A stretch of DNA of 63,992 nt, the filler included, from Catajapyx aquilonaris (lineage: Eukaryota), in NCBI GenBank assembly GCA_000934665.2. It is 3 parts of 3 records of this genome, joined end to end, with 100 filler letters (N's around TTAATTAATTAA, not from the genome) between each part and the next. Parts side by side here need not be neighbours in the genome. Positions count along the whole stretch, not along the records: positions 43,254 to 63,992 come from KZ539495.1; 2 more parts are not named here. One strand, given 5' to 3'. Positions 48,010-61,244 of the stretch are shown here, piece after piece. Every line of letters begins with the position of its first letter. Position 1 is the stretch's first letter. The position numbers were made by a program, and so were the translations under genes. Under the pieces are notes generated by a model. That model saw only the letters and a list, made by a program, of their open reading frames with translations, was not told where the DNA came from and searched no databases.

Positions 48010-51000
48010 CTGAAAAAATGCCTTTATTATATACACTTGTTGCACCCATCACTTTGGTGTTAAAATATTTTCATCCTTGTAATTAATATTCTAATGATAT
48101 TACACTGAATCTTAATCACAAATGCAGTCAAGTCACAAGTCACACATGCAATGGGGATAAAACATTTAATCCCACATGAGCAGTGCCCTTTTTCTGTTAT
48201 GAGCACACTTACCTTGAAGATGAAACAGGTGGTGGTGTACGAGACTTTGCCTTCGAGGTTGATGGTGCAGGATGCTTGGGTGAAAATTTCCTAGATCGAA
48301 CTGGGGAGTTGGGACTAACAGATCGACTTGGAGAATGTGAACGGGATCTGCAAACAGTAGAATTTGTGTCAGTAGAGCTCCATGGTATCAGTTGTCATCA
48401 GTGGGAATAATAGCCAAAGAAGTGTTGTGGAAAATAGTAACACATGACAAACTTTGCAAACTTCACCTGCTAAGAGAGAATGACCTTGACCTAGACCGAG
48501 TCTTGGAGCGACTTCTTGGGCGGGACCGTGATCGTGATCTCGTCCGTGTACGTGCACGTGACCTGGATCGGGTTCGAGAGCGTGCACGTGAAAAAGAATT
48601 AGACCGTGATCTGCTCCTGCTGCGAGGGGGCCGAGACCGAGGTGGAGTGCGAGATGGGGAACGTGAATGTGAAAAAGACTTGAAGCTTCGACCAGGTGAG
48701 CGGCTGTGCGAACGACTGTAAGACCGGGAATGGCGCCGCCGCTTCATCTCCCGTTCTCTGGCATCTTTTTCTTTCATGAGTCGTTGAAATACTGCTAATG
48801 GGTCATCAATCACCCTGCATGAAGAAATTCGATGTATACACATTTTGAAACAATGCACTCAATCTTGTTGTGAATCAACAAAACATGATATTTACCCATG
48901 ACTGCTGGCATGGGAAGTTACCCTGCCTCCAGCCAGATATCCCCCTGATGGTGGTCCACGATATGGCCCTGCGGAAATATCCCAGTAAAATCAATCAAAA
49001 CCGCTGACACATGTCTAGGGCCTGACAGGTGTTAAATGAGTAAAACATAAAGAATGTCTTTCATATTTCACAATCACGTCCTCTCATAGTTATCTTTAGA
49101 ATATCACCCTGCCTCCTGCATGCACGTTACAAATACGCATAAGGGAAAAATTCTGATCTTCTGATTGAAAGTTAGATAAGCCTTCTCAATGAAAAGATCA
49201 AAAATGTGGAAAGATCAGGGCTTTAATGCTATATCCACTTTCTGCTTGTATTGTAACTTTGAATAAATTATGAAACGACTCCCAAACACAAATTTTGACA
49301 CCATCTAAATCCACAAATGGGGCAAAAAAAAATTGCATGGGACTTTTGGCTCTAAAATAAGATGTCTTGTTCTTTAGACATCTAATTTCCACATATGCTA
49401 TTGTATCACACTTTATTATACAGTAAGTACCCGTTTTATGCCACTCATTTTACGCCATTTCACATTAGCACCGGTTCGAAAATGACGTTTTAAAATCTTT
49501 TAATTGAAAAATTGTGAAAAATTTGACGATAACAACACAATCTGACTATAAACACATCATGCAACACTTCTGAGTCCAAATACATGACCATAAAGGCTCT
49601 TTTTTATTTTTCATTGTGCCTTATGGTGGGTCTATTGATAAATACAGTCGCGTATTGTTCACGTCGGCACTCTCCGAAGTCTGTTAAATACCCTACGTCT
49701 ACTGCAGTTCTTGCCAAAATAAGAGAAAGGAACCCTCAGAACTCGATGACCCTCAACATGGAACCTCCCTTTAGATATGCATAATAAATATTAATTATTA
49801 ATTAATTAAATTATTAAATTTACCCCGTGCCAGGCATCAATGGCCTATTTGGGGGGTGGCACACCACCATCAGTTTTCTCTGTCATTTTTCTTCAGTCAC
49901 CGGTGCAAGGAGTCAAGGATGTAGGGTAGGGGTAGGGATTTTTGGGGAGGGAACATGGGGTGCAAGTGCATTGTCTACAACATGGGTCATGTGCTGTCCC
50001 CCAGGAGGTTAGGTTGCCAGACACCTCCTTGGTGCAGGTCAGAGACCCTCCCGACGCAGGTGAAAGGAAAGTTCCCCAGGCGGGGATTGAACCTGGGGCC
50101 TTTCACTCAGCAAGCCGTGACGTTACCATCATGGCCACCACACCTCCCCCATGCATAATAAATATTTCAAATAGTCAGCATTAAAAACAGCAATTTAAGT
50201 ACTGTCTGAGGGAAAATTGTGGTAATCTTGGAACCTATCTCATTTACTTCCATTATAATTTTGTCTCGTTTTACGCCTTTTCACTTTATGCTGGAATCAC
50301 TATGCTGGAATCAATTACCAGCATAAAATGGATATACCTGTAGAGTGTGAGAACAATGGGGTTAAAAAAACCAAATCACCAATAATATTTAAATGGCTCA
50401 CACAATTGCCAAATGTACTCTGTAAGTTAATTCACTTTGTTTATCCTTCTCTTGGTAAGCCTGTAGCAGGTGTACACTAAAAACATTGCAAAATAATTGG
50501 ATGCACCAAATATTCACATGTAAATCTTGGGACAGGCATGCATAACTTTTAACACATGGGTAAAGGCATGATACAAGGCATAAAAGTTGTGCTTGGAGAA
50601 ACTGTACTTTAGAAATTTTTAGGTGTTATTCTGGGAAAGTTTAGTCATTGTTAACGATTATGCAACATTACTATTTTTGTGCACAGGGTGCATTTTCATA
50701 ATAGCAATTAATACAAGTGCAATTAACTAGCCTAAGACCAATGAAGGATATTGTTGATAATCATCATTTATCTTAATGATTTTTGTTTATTTTTAATTTA
50801 CCAGTAATAATGTTTCACTCCTGAGGTCCACAGTTCAATCCCCAGATCGGGCAAAAGAGTTCCTCATGTGAGAGAGAGTTACAATGAGTTTGTGGGTTTC
50901 CTCAGGGTGCTTCCATTACTTCCCTTTCATAAAATGCATAAAAATTTGAGTGATCAATTAAGTTGTGTATTTAACATACTCATTCACAATTATGCTTCAT

Positions 51001-54000
51001 TCAAAATATTGCTCCCATGCCAAAATTTCAACACAAAATTAGGCAGGTAGCAGACTGTATATTTCTCATTCTTAAAAAATCATTTCCACAATATTTCTGC
51101 TTTTGGTTTCATTGGCAAAATCTAAAAAGTGTGAAAATTTCACAATCCTGGATCAGACAAGTGTGAAGTAACCTGCACTACAATGCTGCTGTAGGCCTGG
51201 TCTAAAGAGGAAACATATTAGGTCTCTGCTAAGGTTAGCCTTCACCATAGAAGAAAACAGGTTCCAATTTTCCCACACAACTTCCTTACAACCGGAGCCA
51301 AAGTTTCATGAAAGAGGATTCTTCACAGACAGAAAGCATGCACTGACTGACTAGCAGCTTTTAAAATGTGTTCAAAAATAAAACAAACTATCCGAATTTA
51401 GGAATTATAACAACTAAAATACGGAAATTCCCCAGCTCATTAGCTGCAATTCCACAATTAAATGATCAAGTCAGTGTAAATCAAAACTCACGGGGCCCAC
51501 GTCCACGAGGTCCCCTGTAATGCCCGCTCCTGCTACCATGACCTGGGGAAAAGAAATTAAATTACCAACTGGCACAAAATGAAAACTGAAACAAAATGTT
51601 TATGGTGGAAGCACACAACACAGTTGCACCACAACAAAGGTAAGAGCAGGCTGCACTATGTGAAACACAATGCTTACCTGAGTGGCGATCAATGTGATAG
51701 TGGTTCACCATCTCATAGGGTACTCCAATCCTGCAAAGACACAGACATCAAATATGCTACCTCCAAATAATGAATAACAGATACATACGTTTTACCAAAT
51801 CCATACCTTGAACTTGGACCATTGAGCAGCCCTCGACTCATTCCTGAAAAAAAAAAAAAAAAATCTTTTGAAAGCAAGTTTCAATAATAACATGGCAATA
51901 TACAGTACAACATGTTTCACAAGTTTCACCCATCTGTATCATAAAAATCTTCCTGGCATTAATTTTCACTCTCTTCTGAGACTTGACCTGCAGGTTTTGA
52001 GTGGAATCATACTTACAATTAAAAAGCCAATTAAATAGGCTTTCCAATGGTGTGTAATTCACTGCCAACATTAAAGATGGCATGGAAGGATTGGAAATTA
52101 TTGCCCATAAAATTTTTCACAATATGGATGTGAACTAACAAAAAATCTGGAGTATATTGTATATGGCTGACATCAAAAGGCAATCATGAGGCCCTTCTGA
52201 GTACATTTATAAAGGTCCATTCTCATAATTATGTGCAGTAGCAAGCATAAAGATGTGGATGGTAGACCAGAGGAAGAGCTCTGGTCTGCCATCCACATCT
52301 TTATGCTTGCAACTGTACATATGATAGAATACTCAGCTTCTGACCCATGCCACTGCCTACCTATGTGGGAGTGGAAGGAGTGTGCTTTCACGGATGAAAG
52401 CAGGAGGGGCAAGTGAGTGGAAGATTTGAAAGGTTTTAGTTCAAGTTTATACGTGGGTTGTTTCATAAGTCATGGTGCGTATTTTTTTATTCAAAAACGG
52501 TAACACATGCAGAGATGACCTTTGCTGAGTTTTGAAGCGCGAGCGATTACAATTTTATCTGGCATATAGATGTCGCCCATATCACGGGGGATGGGGAAAT
52601 AAAGGGGATCGTGACCCCCCCCCACCGCACCATCGCCCTAAGAAGGCTTTAGCCTGATGTGCTTGGAGCTGTTGGACGATGCATGCTGGACACTCCGCGA
52701 TGGACAACACATGAGCTTGCTTTCGAGTGTGGGACAAGTCAGAGCACTATGCTTAGGACTCTGAATGACTGAAAGGTCTCAGGAAGTTGGCATCCTCACT
52801 AGTTCCTCACCATCTCTTTGAGGTGCAAAAGAGTCACCATTTTGCCTTCACTTGGAACCCGATCGCATTGAGGGCGATGGTTTTTTCAAATGGTTTGTGG
52901 CGATGGACAACACATGGCTACAGTAATGGTGCTCTGACTTGTCCCAAACTCGAAAGCAAGCTCCTGTGTTGTCCATCGCGGAGTGTCCAGCATGCATCGT
53001 CCAACAGCTCCAAGCGCATCAGGCTAAAGCCTTCTTAGGGCGATGGTGCGGTGGGGGGGTCACGATCCCCTTTATTTCCCCATCCCCCGCGATATGGGCG
53101 ACATCTATATGCCAGATAAAATTGTAATCGCTGGCGCTTCAAAACTCAGCAAAGGTCATCTCTGTATGTGTTACCGTTTTTGAATAAAAAAATACGCGCC
53201 ATGACATGAAACAACCCTTGTAAATAGAAAAAGGAAGATTAATATTACAGCTTAGAAATACACTGTACTCCCGATTATCCGAGGCAATGGCTGCATGGAT
53301 GTCGCCGGATAATCGGAAAACATGGATAATAATAGAAAAATGGTCCTAAATATTGTAAAATGAGCCAGTCACAGGTTTTTACTGAACGACTGTACATACT
53401 GTATTCTGCTTTAAAATATGTAATCAAAATTAGACAAATTTCCTTAATTTTTAGTTTGTTTTCTGGAAAAAGACTTATATTTCTTTGTTTGTGAGAAAAA
53501 TTGACATTTTTCCTTACTTTTCCGTAGCCATGCACGGATAATGCGAAACATGGATAATACGCACCCGGATAATCGGGAGTAGTGTAAGGGCCGGTTGCAC
53601 CAGTCGCGGTATATGGGACGGTATATGGAAGAACCCTGTACCGCGGGTACACGGTATATGCCATGAAAAACCGCGGGTTTATTCCATAGCGTTGCACCGG
53701 TCCAGATAAACGGGGGGTTTTCGGTAGTACGCTGGCTCATGAGAGACGTAAGCGGGCAAAAATTTTGGAGAGCGCTGATTGGATCGCAGCACCCGTGACG
53801 CAAGCCGTGACGTCATGGAAGTATGGCTAGTCGCCTAGTATCTACGGCAACCATGTGGCAGGGTTGCCACCTGGTGTCACACAGTACACAAAATCCCTAG
53901 CACCATGACAACACCATAAACCCGCGGTATAAGCAACTTGTGCTGCAGGATCGGCGGGTAGATGGATCCGGCGGTAAATGGGAGGGAGAACGGGCCGTTT

Positions 54001-56048
54001 TAGAACAACCGTAGGCGGCGCAACACTTCTCGCGGTATACCGGAGTCAAAACCCGCCGTTTTCCATATACCGTGACTGGTGCAACCGGCCCTAAATGCAT
54101 ATTTTATTGCACTGTGTCTTGGACCCATCTCTACCTCTATTACCAAAAATGTCTATCACGACATTTTTTTCTCAAAAAGTAATACATCTCACACTTGCAC
54201 AAGCATTGCCTAGTGCACTCAATTGGGGGCAGGCATAACCCTCAGCCAACTCCCAAGTGTCCAGACCATTTCCATGCCGATAGTACATGCACTCTTCCCT
54301 GGTGTACTTACAAGGGAACCACACAGGGTCACCCAGTCATATTTGGCTGAAACTCGCTTGAGCGGTAAATCATGTGCCATAAATACAGTGGTGAAAGTCC
54401 TTAATCCAGCTGCCCAGCCGTTTCCGCGATATGAGCGACAGAATCATTCGAATTTTGGCCCCGTGCATAGGGGTCAGGCGAGAAAGGAACATGGGCAAGG
54501 TAAAAGCCGGCTCAGGTGGCAAGCGGCCACCACCTAGAGCTTGGAGAAGTCCGCCTGGCCAATTAGGAGCAAGAACATTTTTTACAGCCCATATGGTGGC
54601 GGGGGAGTTTACCTACCCTTGAACGATTATTCTGATTTTCCCCCGGCGAAAAGTAAGTCGCAGAATTTCTGGTATTTTTGAATGGTTTTCAGTTGCACGT
54701 CCACTGCCTGAATTTAAATACACACGGCTCCCTGCCATATATTTCCCGGTAAGTGGACGTGCAGCTGAAACCATTTTAAAAATCCAGAAATTCTGCGACT
54801 TACTTTTCGCCGGGGAAAAAAATCAGAACAATCTGTCAAGGGTAGGCAAACTCCCCCAGTGCCACCGGGGGTTTTATCAAAACTGGGCTTGGTGAAACTG
54901 GCCCTTACTCAAATACCTGTGACCTTTCACTGTGCAATGTACCCATCCTAACATACCTCTTCCTCGCCCACATAAACTTTCAATGTAGTTGTAGCTTCCA
55001 TAACCTAAGGATGGAGGTGGCTGCCTGAAGTTTGGCGGTGGCAAATGGGTAGGAGGAAAATGACGATCAGAATAAGAACTTCGGATTGAAGACACTCTTT
55101 CTGACATAAGAGGTGGTATTGCCGATGAGTCATGGCTCCTCTCATCCACAGTGGGTGTTCCTGGTCGTTCAGGCCTGCAAATGAAGATCTGTTTACACAA
55201 TGGTCCATGACAACTGGCAGCTTACTACACTAAACTTGCAAGGCTTAATACAGGGATCCAATGGGAAACAGCAGTAGTATATCAGCCAAACACCTGAAAG
55301 TCTAGTAATTAATTCATTTATGTGCTACATAGTAGAATTATATACACGGTTTTTTATGCCCATGTTTTAAACGTGTACAATCCTGACACTTGTAACATAC
55401 AAGTATGTTGTACACCAACACTGTTCAGGTTTAATCTAATACCTGGGTAGAAAAGTGTATTTATTTTCTGCAGCATGCAGTTCAGACAATAAAACTTGAG
55501 AGTCCCTAGCAAAATGCTTGTGTGTGCTGGACCTCTGTAGTCACAACAACCAGTGCCATATGGATTTCAAATTTTGTGCAACACTGACAGGACAGTTTCG
55601 TAATACAAAAGCCACACTGAACAGTGGCTGTAGAATACAACTTTTCAAACTACCATATTACCACACATTCTGCAGCATGCCAGTAAATCAAGGTGACAAG
55701 TGTTTTTAAAATGCACATCTGGTAGCTATAAGCTCATGTTGGTACAGAGTGAGGTGACTGCATTTTAACTGTGAAAAATTATTACAACCTTTTTACTTTG
55801 ACTCAGAGAATGAAGGCGATAATATATCCTAACCCCTTTCCTGTATCAGTGTCAACCAATCGTGAATGTCCTGGCACAATCCCGACTTTTACGAAAAACA
55901 ATGTCCTCCCCTCCACCTTGTTCCCTAAGCCTAAGGTATAAGCAGTCAACATGATAGCATGAGCATTACATTAGCATTGAAGTTTTCACCCATTTTCACC
56001 CCCTTTCCTGTCCTCGGGGGGCTGGGGAGGTGGGGGNNNNNNNNNNNN

Positions 56049-56097
<49 letters not shown>

Positions 56098-59000
56098 CGA
56101 CAAAGTCCAGCTAATTAATCCCACACCAGCAAGCAAGATTCGGAGTGTTGTCACTGTCTTGATTTTTGTGTATGGAGAGAACTCGGAATGACTCAGCAAT
56201 CAATCAGAATGGGCACCTTGATGCGCACAGACAAGGGATCATTTCTGGGTCACTACTGTGCCTGCACGTTCTTGGTATCACATTGATTTTGATTATTTAT
56301 TTTTTTACAAAAATCCATAGTTATTTGGATAGCATATTAATTAAGTGAGTTTATAATACCCTACATGCAATAAACAATTTTTAAAAAATTTCCATAATTG
56401 TTTCGTGCCAATACTTATGTAGCCTTAGCGAGATTTTCTGATATAACAATTTGGTGTTTTTTGTGATTCCTGAAGATTGTCTGTACAATACAAGGTAAAA
56501 ACCACTCATATCACATCAATCAGATCACAAAAGTGTCTTTAAAAATTTAAACTACAGTTGCCTTTAAACCCCTTTCAGCAGCATGTCCCTTAATATTATG
56601 TGACAATATTCAGGGGAAGGAGAAATTCACGAAAAATACCCCAATTGATACCAGCTGGCCAGCTCTTCCTGGGTATACTGGCCGTGTGGTTTTATACAGG
56701 CATGCAACTGAATGTGTAGTAATATGGTAAATCACAGATAATGTCTTCTTCTGGGGTCTCCCCACTTTCATTGACTGTGCTGGCTAGCTGTACAAAAGAA
56801 AAACATCCTTTCCACTCAGATGATTGATGAAACTATCACATTTTCCTCTCATTTGGTGTACACCACACACTTGTTAACCTGTTGAGGGCGACGGGCATCA
56901 TAATTATGAGGATCAGCGGATTTTTGAATTTGGTGTGCTAAAATGTGCACAGAGAATTCGAACTTTGCGGGTCCAAATTAAGTTCACTATACTCCTGCCA
57001 TCTCTTGGATGGTGACTCAACTACCATGACATGCCCACAATCCACTGGGCGGGAGCCAAGCTGAGTCGAACATGCCAAGGTGACACGGCTGCCGCGTATC
57101 TTTCATGTAAACAAACGCCCTGAATACAGGGTGTCCCGTAAAGTCTGGACCCTCGGGAGTTTCTCATAGTAGTGTTCTAATATTATGTAACCATAATAAC
57201 AGTGTACAGGGTGTTTCAGTCATGGGTCAAGCGCACGCAAGGAGGTGGGAAAAAATTGTGGGTGGCGACAACCCCGGTTGGTTTTATAAAACAATTAGAA
57301 ATACGGCAGTAATCAATTTATTTATTACAGCCGTATTTCTCATTGTTTTATAAAACCGACCGGCGTTGTCACCACCTACGATTTTTCCCCACCCCCTCGC
57401 GCGCGCTTGACCCGTGACTCTGAAACACACTGTGTACTGACTATGTAAACTTATTAGGCCTATCGACGTTCTGAGAGCCAGATGATTCTTAAAAATTTAT
57501 TTCTGGAACACCCTGTGGATGAATTTTGGCACGAAGTTGTTATTCACTAATATCACTCCTACATCGAATTTTGCACAACGAGAAACGAAAAAAAGCCACA
57601 AAGACAACAAGAAACATAGTCCTCAACAGGTCCCCTTAGCCTCCAAATCTAGGCGATGAGATTTCGCTTCTGTTCAACTTACACGTACTCGGAAGATAAG
57701 GACAAGATATTTTACAAATAATAACAGCGTTCATGCTCTACACAACGTATGTGCTGGAAACAATTGAAGGGTTTGGTGCAAAAACAGGATAAGTCCACTT
57801 TTGTCACTTTCGAGAAAACAAAGAAAAACTGAATTCCCGGAAAATTTCAACAATGTTTATAATGATAATTTTTTATTGAATAGGATGATACCAAAGTCAA
57901 CATCCACCAGAATATGAAGTTTGTACGATGCATATTACACATTATACAGTAGAGTATAATGTGGACAAGTCTTGTTTTTGCACCGAATGAGAACCAGACA
58001 TGTCCAAATAAATTTTTGTGTGTATGTTATGAGATTGGACAAACTTTTTTTCTCAATTATTATATGCATACATAGTGTTACAAACTCATCATCTAATTCA
58101 TCATCAGACATTCAGACTCCTCATCACTAGGTTCAGCCATACTGCTGCGCTTTAGTGACTTATACTAATGGGGCATTCCACGTCAACTAGGACCACTTTT
58201 CCGACAAATATTTTCCGACTTCCACCAAAATTCATAGGTTTGTAGTAGTCACCGTTGTATGTAAGGAACTGAGATTTCGTCTCTCTGTGACACGTGGTTG
58301 CAAAACTACAGGGTGTGTAATTGCGATTTTTCACTCATTTGATGCTGTCAGGGCTTGTAATGGAGGACAGTAACCTCTGAACCCCTGAAGTGAATCAAAA
58401 TCTGATAATCTGATAAGGACATTGGAAGCTCTTTTAAAGGCCTTTAATAATATCTCATTGAAAATAGCCGGGATAAAATATTTCAGGGGGAGACACAGGT
58501 GCAAGTGCAATGTCTGGAAAGGGGTCATGTGTAGTCCCCCAGGAGGCTAGGTTGCCAAGACGCCTCCTAGGCCCACTGACGCATGCGCAAGGGAACTCCC
58601 AGTCGGGGATCGAACCCGGGACCTTCCGCACAGCAAGCCGAGACGTTACCATCTCGGCCACCACGTCTCCCCCCCATGGACAAATATCGTGTTGCATAGT
58701 GTTATTATTTAAGTACAGACAGTAAGAAGTTTAGGAATGTACTGAAGTACTGTACAGTACTTCAGTACATTCCTAAACTACTTACTGGACTACTTATTAT
58801 ACTAGTAGTGAAGTAGTCGTAGTGCCTCAATGGGTGGGGGATGGGGAAAGGGGGGAAATTACTTTCCAGGGGGGCCCGATGTAGCATAGGTTGAGAACAG
58901 CGGGTGTAGGGCATGAACCTGTAAGTATAGCTGTTATTATTTGCATAAATATCTTGTCCTTATCTTCAGAGTAGGTGAAAAGAAGCAAACCACATCACCT

Positions 59001-61200
59001 AGAGCTGGGGTGAAGGGGCACCAACTATCAGAATTACAAACATTTAAAATTACAGGAATTTTTAAAAATTACCCTGTATAATTTGATAGAATACAATGCC
59101 AGTAGCGCAATTTTTTAAATATTTGCACAACATAACTGCACTGATTTTTTCAAGTTGTGAGTGATGTCACTGTGCCTTCCAATATAATAAGTGCTTCAAC
59201 AATTAGTACCCCTGCATCTACAAAATGCTGAATGTACTAATCAGACCATTGCCAGCAGTCAAGATTAGACTAGCCTTGGCCACAAATTAAAATGACAGGG
59301 AAAGAAATAGAGACTTTTTTTTTTTTTTNNNNNNNNNNNNNNNNNNNNNNNNNNNGGGGGGGTCCGTTTCTTTTACCCAAGACACACCACCGCGTTGCTG
59401 CTCTTCTGTCGGCAGCATCATCAAATAGTTCAGATAATTTATTCTGTCCATTGGGACCTTTAAAAATCAGAGAACTCCTCCCTACAATACACTTGATATT
59501 AGTCCTGTGCAAAACCACCTCATGACATAATTATATGGTATCTTGACTCTCTGGCAAACCTTATAATAATTATTATTGTAGAGTCCAAAAAGTTCCACAA
59601 TGATCTGATTTCAATATCTATCATACTACACATTTTACTACAATTTGCAGCCTAAATGCAGTCGTTGCACTTCACTCTTAAATTTTACAAAATTTTGCTT
59701 TAAAAAGTCAAGCAACAGGACTGCGTTTCACTATAAACCACTAACATGTTGCTGAGTTCACTATTAGTCTTCTAGAATATCACATTTCCCTTGCTTATCA
59801 TTTACAGTAACACAAATATAGTCATAACATGTCACAATTGACGTTGCAATGCAGCAAGACAACATGTTTTGGCTGACAAAGAGCCAGAAAAGTTGGACAT
59901 ACATTGTTGACAACAATGAATAAATCAATGTGATTGCAGCTGCTAATGGCAGTTTCTTCTGCAAATAATTACGCTACAAAAATCACTGTAGGGTTGAGTT
60001 TCCCTGTATAATAGCCATATATGCTAGGTAGAGGCTGTTCATTGTTAGCTTGCTTTTACATTTGTTGTAGGGTGTTGTAGGCAAGAGATGACATTCTAAT
60101 TGATGTAACTTTATTACTGGAATCACATTCCATCTAAAACATACTATTTTTCATGTAGCACATATGACTAATTCCAATTCTGGCTCATAAACTAAAGGTG
60201 CCAGACCAATAGTAAACTACTCAACCTGGTCCTTAGCACAATTCCTCATATAACAGATAATACAAGCATAGCCACTGCCCACAGTCACCGAGCTAGGGGT
60301 TTCTGTATACTACATGCATCCTATCAGCTAGTACCAATCACCACAATTGCAGCCACATACATATTTTAGTACATTCCATAACCACATGTCAACACTCATT
60401 CAAAGTGTTCAAATCGGCAAGCAGCCACCCAATACAGGCAAATGCTACGTGAAACATATCCACACAGTGCGCAACACTAATGCACGTCCCACTTAGGAAA
60501 CGCCATGCGTATTTACCCAGACGCAAACGCGTGCGTCCCCGGTTGCTGCTGTGGCAAGCTGGTTGAAGGTGGACCATGAGAACTGTGTTGTAATGGAGGT
60601 GGGGGAGTGTTAAATGAGGAGGGTAGGGTCACACTAAGTGTATTGTCATATGGCGCAGCCAACGTAGTGCTGGATGTTGTCTGAGACTGATCTAATGAGG
60701 TTGTTGACTTTTCAGATGAATCGCTAGGGACAGCAGTGTCACCTATAGGTGGAGGAGGAAGGTGAGTGAGGTGATTAGGTGGAGGCACTGACATGTCTGG
60801 TGGTGGAAGAATCATTGTGGAAGCAGGTGCTGCTTCACTTCCTTCAACTCCAGACTGATCTGGGGTGCTCTCAACCTCTGCTTGATCAGATGCATCACCT
60901 AGGAGTAAATAAACCAATAAAAACAGTTACTCCACAACACCGTCACAAATTGACAAGTAAAAGGGAATGGTAAAAACCAGAGGCCGGAAATATATCATTT
61001 GTCCCAGTTAGCATTTAGGCCTATTAATTGAAATCCTGTCATGGCAACTTGGATGAATAATAATCACCTCAAACTAAAACATAATTGGCTTTTAACTCTC
61101 TTTAGGTGACACAAACACAGGAGACACATCTCTCTTGCTCCCCTTCATCCAACATTTTCTTGTGACCTAGCACTAATTACATGGGAAATTTGTACAACAG

Positions 61201-61244
<44 letters not shown>

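Noticed and set aside
48392..48721. + strand RD/RE-rich ORF
   Set aside because: Antisense shadow of the RBBP6 RS exon.
56030..56100. Poly-G tracts and poly-Pro ORFs (also near 42400 and 59350)
   Set aside because: Adjacent to N gaps; likely sequencing or assembly artefacts.
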